A stretch of DNA of 64,000 nt from an uncultured Candidatus Saccharibacteria bacterium (GTDB lineage: Bacteria > Patescibacteriota > Minisyncoccia > Phycocordibacterales > DATDWN01): positions 13,378 to 77,377 of the forward strand of contig CAYRRP010000003.1 of the NCBI GenBank assembly GCA_964426735.1. Direction: 5' to 3'. This document shows, piece after piece, positions 57,236-64,000 of the stretch. The stretch's first letter is position 1; the number at the start of each line of letters is the position of its first letter. Below the pieces are notes generated by a model. The model ran no database searches, was not told where the DNA came from, and saw nothing but the letters and a program-made list of their open reading frames with translations. Position numbers and translations under genes: made by a program.

Positions 57236-58432
57236 TTATGCCACTATCTTAGTAACAACACCTGCGCCAACAGTCTTACCTCCCTCTCGAATCGCAAATC
57301 GAGTATTGTCCTCAAGCGCAACTGGAGCAATCAATTTAACTTTGAATGTTGCTGTGTCTCCTGGCATAACCATTTCAACACCTTCTTTCAAAGTCACATC
57401 TCCGGTAACGTCTGTAGTTCGGATGTAGAACTGTGGTTTGTAACCTGAGAAGAATGGAGTATGTCGTCCACCTTCTTCTTTCTTAAGAACGTAAACCTCA
57501 GCTTCGAATTCTGTATGAGGATTTACTGATTTTGGTTTAGCAAGAACCTGTCCTCGAGAAATATCTTCTTTCTTCGCACCTCGGAGAAGAATACCTGCGT
57601 TGTCTCCTGCTTGTCCTGAATCGAGTGATTTGTTGAACATTTCGATACCAGTCACAGTAAACTTAGTGATATCCTTGAGACCAACGATTTCGATTTCTTC
57701 ACCTACTTTGATAACACCTCGTTCGATACGTCCTGTTACCACTGTTCCTCGTCCCTCAATAGAGAAGATGTCTTCTACTGGCATAAGGAATGGTTTATCC
57801 AAATCTCGTTCTGGCATTGGAATATATGTATCGAGTGCATTTGCTAGCTCCAATACTTTCTTTGACCATTCATCGTTGTTATCTGCTGCTTCGAGAGCTT
57901 TGAGTGCTGATCCTCGGATAACTGGTGCGTTATCACCATCAAATCCGTTCTTTGAAAGGAGCTCTCGAACTTCAGCTTCTACAAGGTCGATAAGATCATT
58001 ATCTGGTACCATGTCGCATTTGTTCAAAAATACGATAATCTTTGGTACACCCACTTGTTTTGCCAAAAGTACGTGTTCTCGAGTCTGAGGCATCGCACCG
58101 TCTGTAGCCGCTACCACAAGCACTGCACCGTCCATCTGAGCAGCACCAGTAATCATGTTTTTAATGTAGTCAGCGTGACCTGGCGCATCGATGTGAGCGT
58201 AGTGTCGAGTTGGTGTTGAGTACTCGTTGTGAGAAAGCGCAATAGTAATTCCTCGTGCTTTTTCTTCTGGAGCTGAGTCGATTTCACCTACTCCTTTGAT
58301 TTTAGATGAATATCCTTCTCCTGCTCGACCAAGTACGGTCAAGATAGCCGCTGTTAATGTTGTCTTACCGTGGTCAACGTGTCCAATGGTACCTACGTTG
58401 AGGTGTGGTTTTGATCGATCAAAATCTGCCAT
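57236..58432 (-). CDS. tuf: elongation factor Tu
   Basis: [29 protein letters not shown]. Full-length 398 aa. Confidence 0.95.
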   Translation of the reverse strand: MADFDRSKPHLNVGTIGHVDHGKTTLTAAILTVLGRAGEGYSSKIKGVGEIDSAPEEKARGITIALSHNEYSTPTRHYAHIDAPGHADYIKNMITGAAQMDGAVLVVAATDGAMPQTREHVLLAKQVGVPKIIVFLNKCDMVPDNDLIDLVEAEVRELLSKNGFDGDNAPVIRGSALKALEAADNNDEWSKKVLELANALDTYIPMPERDLDKPFLMPVEDIFSIEGRGTVVTGRIERGVIKVGEEIEIVGLKDITKFTVTGIEMFNKSLDSGQAGDNAGILLRGAKKEDISRGQVLAKPKSVNPHTEFEAEVYVLKKEEGGRHTPFFSGYKPQFYIRTTDVTGDVTLKEGVEMVMPGDTATFKVKLIAPVALEDNTRFAIREGGKTVGAGVVTKIVA

Positions 58433-58602
58433 ATATTTATATAAATTATACGTATAAAATTACTAATAATTGCCATTTTGGAAACTCCAAAAACTTGACA
58501 CTCGAGAGAAGCCAAATTTTGGGAACTTCTGCAAAACATCACCTGCGGGCGATGCCAATAAATATAAACGAAATAGGCACAAGAGTCAAACGAAATAGGA
58601 GC

Positions 58603-58890
58603 TTATATCAATATATCTGCTTTCAATTTTGCAACTTCTTCTTTTAAGAGGAGTGTAAAGGTTGGAATTTTGCGTTCAAGAAAAAGTACCACATCTTCAG
58701 GAGTGGTTGCATCTTCATTGAGAAGCAGATCGAACTCATCTTGCTCAACATCCGAGAGAATATCAAGAGAGCGCACTAAAATCGCTTGGTATATCAAGCG
58801 TCCAATACGATCAACCATGTCTATTTGCTCTTCTTGAGGTAAGTCACCAAGTCCCCATTCAGATACTATGTCTTTTGATAAAGGATTCAT
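58603..58890 (-). CDS. small acidic hypothetical protein (95 aa)
   Basis: ORF immediately downstream of the giant gene, pI clearly acidic. No motif. Confidence 0.35.
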   Translation of the reverse strand: MNPLSKDIVSEWGLGDLPQEEQIDMVDRIGRLIYQAILVRSLDILSDVEQDEFDLLLNEDATTPEDVVLFLERKIPTFTLLLKEEVAKLKADILI

Positions 58891-58891
58891 A

Positions 58892-61800
58892 TTATTTTTT
58901 CAGTTTAAAGAACTTGATATTCTTTTCCATTGCCTTTTTAGCCTCATCAAATGCAAGCTCAAAATTAGTCTTCCCGGCAGCACTGAATATAGATTTCTCT
59001 CTACCTATCTCATATTGATGACCAAATGCACCATCTACAAGCTGTGTACTACCGATTCTTTGTCCATTAAGTAATACCGTAATATCGTCACCTTTCTGGA
59101 ATATATCGATTTGACCTCCTTTATACTGCACAGGGAGATGATAGTCAAACAAGCTTTTTCTCACCGAGTCATCAAGTGACGCCAGTGTTCTTGTAAAAAA
59201 CTTTGCATATTCCTTACGAATTGAGGCATCCTCGCTAAACTGATACTCTGATTTAAGTGGCATTTTACCCCTCACAATATCTTCTATATTTTTAAAATCA
59301 GGTGACGGTATTGCAATTTCAACACCATATGAAGTGATTGCTGCAATTTTTCCATGTTGCTCAAGTATTGCTGTTTGTGGTGACACTGAAGAATCAATAG
59401 TACTGTTTTTTTCAACAAGAGATGCTCCAGTAGTCGCAGTATCTGCAGCAAGAGATTCTTTTGATACTGATGATATTTTTAATTCTGGAACATGTTCTGT
59501 TACAGGCTGTGCAGTTACGGGTGATACTGCCTGAGGAATATTTTTTGTAACTACAGGTTTTTCTGTATCTACTAATTCCACTGAAGTAACCTTACCATCC
59601 GCATCAAACATTTTTCCTGCATATGGTTTTACTACCCCATTACTGTTCATCAATATTTCCGGTTTCCCGCTACCATCAGGCACCAAAGAGAGATTTCCTT
59701 CTGCATCAATTGCAAGTTGTTCCCCTTGAAAACGAAAAGCGCTCTCCGCAACCTGACCTGGTTTAAAAAGACCCAAGTCAATAGCAATCTTTTGAGAAGA
59801 TTGTGCAAAAAGTTTTTCAAGAGCTGGAGTAAGTTTCTGACCTGCTACTGCACGTTTCAATGTATCGATAGTATCAATAAATCCTTTACTTGAAAGTTCT
59901 ACCTCAACCGGGTTTACTGACACAGGAGCAACTTGTTCAACAGCAGACATGGTTGTTTTTTCAAGTGGAGCTTTTTGTGCAGGAGCATCCTCTTTAATTA
60001 ACTTATTCCACCACGAAGATTTTGTTGTGGTCGGAGTATCGACAGAAGCATGTGGAGTTGTGAGCGTATCATGCATAGCGTTTATCCCTACACCAGTACC
60101 GATAGATGTAGCACCTCCTGCTGCAACCATAAGCGCAGCCTTTTTCAAACGATCACGTTTTGCTTGTATTTCTGCTTCTGATTCATACACCTCGAAATCT
60201 CCAATCTTTTCGTCTTGTTGTGTATCATCAATTGTTGCAAAATTTTTCAACGCTTTTTCCTTTTCGACAAGCATCTTTTCTCGCTGTTGTTTATCTACAA
60301 CAGACCCAGCAAGCTTTGCCCCCATCACACCAGTGAGACCACGCGCCGCTCGCATAGATGCAGTTGCAGCAAAACCTCCTACACCACCTGAGACAAGAGA
60401 AAAGAATGCTGAGGATAGTGCAACACGTGCCACAACAGGCAACCGTGCCCATTTATCCATAGATTTCGCTATAATACCTTTCTCTTTTTCAGGGATAGCT
60501 TCTGCGATCAGTGCCGTGAGTGCGTCTCGCTCTTTTTTAAACTGCTCCATTACTCCGACATCAAGATGTCTTACTGATTTTTTCTCGATAATAGAAAATT
60601 CATGTGATCGAGAAGTTGTTTCCTCTACCTCAACATGACGACGTGCAATAAAATTTCTTAATGCACGACCTGCATCTATGTATTCTTTTTTAGCACTGAG
60701 ATACGCTTGATCTATATCCCCTTCAGCATCAGGACGTCGTTTAGACGGAACACCGAGTTCAGTCATGATTTTCTCATACACTTTCTTACTTGCACGAATC
60801 TTTTCTTTACGAAGAGCTTCTTGTGCTGCAAAGTTTTTAAGTGACTCTTCCAGTTTAGACGAAAGCTCTTTTTCTATATTTTCTGACTGTTCTTGGGTTA
60901 TTGGACCTGCTGGCTCTTGATACGCAGGGTCAAGAAATTGACGTGCTGCATTTTGAGAAATATCAATCCGCTGAGCCTTAAGCGCAGCTTCACTTACGCG
61001 TTCATCAAGTGTTTTTTGTCGTGGAACAACAGAAGGTTGCACGTATACATTTTTACTCGTTGTATTATTTAAAAGATTGCTCAGATTTTCTTTTGTAACG
61101 TCATCCAACACATCGGATGTTTTAATTAATAGTTCCGCTTGCTCTTTTGTAATATTTTTATCTCTCAGTGAGTATATGAGAATAGAAAGAACGGCTGGTC
61201 TTTCCATAGTCTCTTTCATTTTTTCCAACTCATCTATCACTTGACCAGGCACCTCAAACTCCTGAGTTTTTTCAACATTTTTTGTAATACGTGGTGTTTT
61301 AATTATCTGGTAACCTGTCTCAGTTTTGATTCCCAGACCTTCTTTAACCAATAAATCTAATACATACTTAACAAGCTCGGTATTTTCTTTATTAATAACA
61401 CCCCCTACAGATCGAATATAATTTTCTGGAGTTAGAGGTAACTTATTTCCCTGAGCATCTTCGAGATTTTGAGCTGCCCAATTTTCAGCACCAATACGAA
61501 TACCATCTTTCATCATTGCTTCAATTGATGAAGGATTTGTTTTGTTTTCATAGGGTTTTATAAGGTCTGCTACGGTACGAGCATCTTTTTCCTTTTGCTG
61601 TTGTATAACATCTTCTTGAGTACCCTGCTCTTCATGAACACTTTGCATTAGATATGAATACTCACTTGGAGATACGACTCCTTCAATGAGGGGTAGATTT
61701 TTAATAATATCCTCAATTGTTTCGCCATCAACTTTAAAACGAAAAAATGTTTTTAATTTTGTTATTACACTTTTTTGTTCAGCATATTTGTGTATCAAAT

Positions 61801-62692
61801 TATTAAACGCTGTGACCACCTTTTCATACGCAGAATGCTTAGGTTTTTCTGCCATACGAGGATCCATCATCAATGCACGATCTACCTTTGATTGAATCTT
61901 ACCTTTCAACGTTTCATCAGTCATATGAGGATGCATCATAAATGCATTATCCACTTTGGCTTCAGTGTTATATTGTGAAGCATCGTCAACTGTTTTTTTT
62001 GATTGAGTTAGTGAAGGATGTAAACCGAGTTGACCTAAAAACGCTTCACCCGAAGAATCTATCCCCTCAATATTTCCTTTGTTTACTATATCCTCAACCC
62101 ACGAAGCCCCGTTTGCCAAACTTTCCTTCACTCGCTCGGTGCGTGAAGGAAATTGCTCTGAACGATCAGAACCTCCAATAAAACCAAAAGCTGGCATAAA
62201 TGTTCCATTTTCACCACTCTTTAAAAGATTTCTATCCAACAGACTTTCGAGCGCCCTATTGATACGTATACGAAGATTTGACCTTCTTCCAGAACGAGGA
62301 TCTCCTTCGCCTTTATTTCGTAAGATTGTATTAATAATCTGATCAGGTGTGAGCGGAGTCTTTCTTGTAATACTCATAACCTCTTTTTCTATATCAGAAA
62401 TTGGAGACTGTCCTGCAGTAATTTCTACAGGCTTTGATTCATTTTTTTGTATAGGTTGAACAGGAACACGTATTGGGACTATTTTTTTAGGAAGAGTAGA
62501 TACCTTATCATTCAAAATTTTTCTAGATTCTTCTGAGGCTTGTGTGATCCCTTGTTTAATTTCTTGTTCTTCCAACACACCAAAAGGACTTTTGGCTCCT
62601 GTATCTTCGAGCATTTCCGCAAGCTCTTTCAGATATTTTTCACGATCGGGGTTAAGTGGTTCTCTTTCGTATATTTTCTGAGAATCTTCCAT
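58892..62692 (-). CDS. giant hypothetical protein (1266 aa) with central pair of TM helices
   Basis: Continuous ORF. Glu/Lys-rich regions. Two hydrophobic helices near aa 745-800 (ALSSAFFSLVSGGVGGFAATASM / AALMVAAGGATSIGTGVGINAMH). No recognisable catalytic motif. Lies between fusA and tuf. Confidence 0.5.
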   Translation of the reverse strand: MEDSQKIYEREPLNPDREKYLKELAEMLEDTGAKSPFGVLEEQEIKQGITQASEESRKILNDKVSTLPKKIVPIRVPVQPIQKNESKPVEITAGQSPISDIEKEVMSITRKTPLTPDQIINTILRNKGEGDPRSGRRSNLRIRINRALESLLDRNLLKSGENGTFMPAFGFIGGSDRSEQFPSRTERVKESLANGASWVEDIVNKGNIEGIDSSGEAFLGQLGLHPSLTQSKKTVDDASQYNTEAKVDNAFMMHPHMTDETLKGKIQSKVDRALMMDPRMAEKPKHSAYEKVVTAFNNLIHKYAEQKSVITKLKTFFRFKVDGETIEDIIKNLPLIEGVVSPSEYSYLMQSVHEEQGTQEDVIQQQKEKDARTVADLIKPYENKTNPSSIEAMMKDGIRIGAENWAAQNLEDAQGNKLPLTPENYIRSVGGVINKENTELVKYVLDLLVKEGLGIKTETGYQIIKTPRITKNVEKTQEFEVPGQVIDELEKMKETMERPAVLSILIYSLRDKNITKEQAELLIKTSDVLDDVTKENLSNLLNNTTSKNVYVQPSVVPRQKTLDERVSEAALKAQRIDISQNAARQFLDPAYQEPAGPITQEQSENIEKELSSKLEESLKNFAAQEALRKEKIRASKKVYEKIMTELGVPSKRRPDAEGDIDQAYLSAKKEYIDAGRALRNFIARRHVEVEETTSRSHEFSIIEKKSVRHLDVGVMEQFKKERDALTALIAEAIPEKEKGIIAKSMDKWARLPVVARVALSSAFFSLVSGGVGGFAATASMRAARGLTGVMGAKLAGSVVDKQQREKMLVEKEKALKNFATIDDTQQDEKIGDFEVYESEAEIQAKRDRLKKAALMVAAGGATSIGTGVGINAMHDTLTTPHASVDTPTTTKSSWWNKLIKEDAPAQKAPLEKTTMSAVEQVAPVSVNPVEVELSSKGFIDTIDTLKRAVAGQKLTPALEKLFAQSSQKIAIDLGLFKPGQVAESAFRFQGEQLAIDAEGNLSLVPDGSGKPEILMNSNGVVKPYAGKMFDADGKVTSVELVDTEKPVVTKNIPQAVSPVTAQPVTEHVPELKISSVSKESLAADTATTGASLVEKNSTIDSSVSPQTAILEQHGKIAAITSYGVEIAIPSPDFKNIEDIVRGKMPLKSEYQFSEDASIRKEYAKFFTRTLASLDDSVRKSLFDYHLPVQYKGGQIDIFQKGDDITVLLNGQRIGSTQLVDGAFGHQYEIGREKSIFSAAGKTNFELAFDEAKKAMEKNIKFFKLKK

Positions 62693-62933
62693 GTGTATAT
62701 TGTATCTCGGTATCGACTAACGACGCAATGAAAAACTCTCCTTTTTGTGTACAAAAAACAAAACTGACATTTTCTGTCAGTCTTGTTTTTTTAATTAAGA
62801 TAGTGCTGCACTAAAGCATTCAGACTTGGATGAAATCCGAGGCGGACGAAGAAAATAATGTGAGCCTGCCTAAGTGCGCAGGTGAACATTATTTTACTGA
62901 AGTCCAACAAAGGAGTTCGCCAAGTATGGATGC

Positions 62934-64000
62934 TTACTTTCGAGATTCGACAATAGTCTTCTCAACGTTTGGTGGTACCACTTCGTAATGATCAAATTCC
63001 ATAGTCACCGATCCACGACCCTGTGTCATAGAACGAATATCTGTGGTATATCCAAACATTTCTGATAGAGGAACTTTTGCTTTGATAACTTTCAAACCAA
63101 ATCGCTCTTCCATACCTTCAATCTGTCCTCGTTTTGATGAAAGCGAACCAGTTACATCACCCATAAACTGCTCTGGCATTACCGCTTCTACCTTCATAAT
63201 AGGCTCAAGGATAACAGATTTTGCTTTCTTTGCTGCTTCCTGGAATGCCTGAGATGCTGCAATCTTATATGCAATTTCAGATGAGTCCACGTCGTGGTAT
63301 GAACCAAATGTAAGTTCACATGATACGTTTACCATCTTGTATCCTGCAACAATACCTCGATCCATTGCTTCTTTCACACCTTTTTCTACTGCAGGGATGA
63401 ATTCTTGTGGAATCACACCTCCTTTAATAGAGTCAATGAATTCAAACTCATCGTATCGCTTCACGTTTTTAGCAACTTTCTCACCTTCTGCAAGTGGCTC
63501 AAGTGGTTTGATAGAAATCTTAACATGACCGTATTGACCTTTACCTCCTGTTTGCTTGATGTATTTATGTTCAGCTTCAGCAGAACCAAGAATAGTTTCT
63601 CGATATGCTACCTGTGGCTTACCGATATTCACTTCAACACCAAACTCTCGTTTCATACGATCAACCATGATTTCAAGATGGAGTTCACCCATACCAGAAA
63701 TAATAGTTTCTCCTGTTTCAGTGTTTGATGAGATACGGAATGTCGGATCTTCATCTCCAAGTTTTTTAAGCGCCATACCCATTTTCTCCTGGTCAGCTTT
63801 TGTTTTAGGTTCGATTCGCAAAGATACCACTGGTTCTGCAAACTTAATCGGGTCAAGAATAATTGGTTTTGTCTCATCACAGAAAGTATGAGATGTTTTT
63901 GCATTTTTGAGACCTACCGCAGCTGCAATTTCTCCTGCATACACTTTCTTCACCTCTTCTCGATCATTTGCCTGAAGTCGTACGATACGTCCAAGGCGCT
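62934..64000 (-). CDS. fusA: elongation factor G, C-terminal part (gene continues beyond window end)
   Basis: EF-G domains III-V: [36 protein letters not shown] open to the window edge. Confidence 0.9.
   Translation of the reverse strand, partial: RLGRIVRLQANDREEVKKVYAGEIAAAVGLKNAKTSHTFCDETKPIILDPIKFAEPVVSLRIEPKTKADQEKMGMALKKLGDEDPTFRISSNTETGETIISGMGELHLEIMVDRMKREFGVEVNIGKPQVAYRETILGSAEAEHKYIKQTGGKGQYGHVKISIKPLEPLAEGEKVAKNVKRYDEFEFIDSIKGGVIPQEFIPAVEKGVKEAMDRGIVAGYKMVNVSCELTFGSYHDVDSSEIAYKIAASQAFQEAAKKAKSVILEPIMKVEAVMPEQFMGDVTGSLSSKRGQIEGMEERFGLKVIKAKVPLSEMFGYTTDIRSMTQGRGSVTMEFDHYEVVPPNVEKTIVESRK

Overview
This window looks like a small, AT-rich genome of a Candidate Phyla Radiation / Patescibacteria-type bacterium. 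L30 (rpmD) is absent between rpsE and rplO. Housekeeping genes largely lack Shine-Dalgarno sequences, and there is a compact type IV pilus/competence locus plus comFC.

Genes that are readily recognisable:
- gatCA, ligA
- a type IV pilus cluster: pilM/N/O, pilB, a receiver-only response regulator, pilT, pilC, pilA, pilD and four minor pilins
- pyrE, ung, a MerR/TipA-type regulator, a MutY/Nth-family glycosylase, recG, ftsH, smpB
- an infC-rpmI-rplT operon, RNase J, ndk, map, adk, secY
- a long minus-strand ribosomal-protein operon (rplO to rpsJ), then tuf and a partial fusA

RNA genes called:
- tRNA-Asp(GTC)
- two CAT-anticodon tRNAs
- tRNA-Ser(GCT)
- a type II tRNA whose anticodon loop parses as ACU
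- tRNA-Ile(TAT)
- a candidate tmRNA immediately downstream of smpB

What stands out beyond these:
1. A ~110-150 nt structured element occurs in 5-6 copies, each downstream of a tRNA or the tmRNA 3' end. It has a conserved core, CGCGAGUYGGUGCCYAGA, a hairpin with a GAG-YGACGR-CGA loop, then AAGUCGARGG, and the stems show compensatory base changes between copies.
2. At least seven small-gene cassettes share one architecture: terminator hairpin, TTGACA-type promoter, strong AGGAGG ribosome-binding site, a 60-160 aa ORF of elevated GC, and a terminator. They sit in intergenic sites, including inside the conserved S10/str ribosomal operons, and contrast with the SD-less housekeeping genes.
3. Several intergenic repeat families are present:
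- conserved terminator modules after tuf, secY, ndk and rplB
- GACT/AGTC-rich intercistronic repeats in the ribosomal operon
- short tandem heptamers (ATTCGTA, TTAATC, ACTTTCGAC) directly upstream of start codons
4. A 1266-aa hypothetical protein is inserted between fusA and tuf.
5. A membrane protein carries a C-terminal HEPN-like motif.
6. An accessory island next to smpB/tmRNA contains an alpha/beta hydrolase and an RHH-RelE/ParE toxin-antitoxin pair.

All calls are made by eye from the sequence and the ORF track. Non-CDS coordinates may be off by a few bases.
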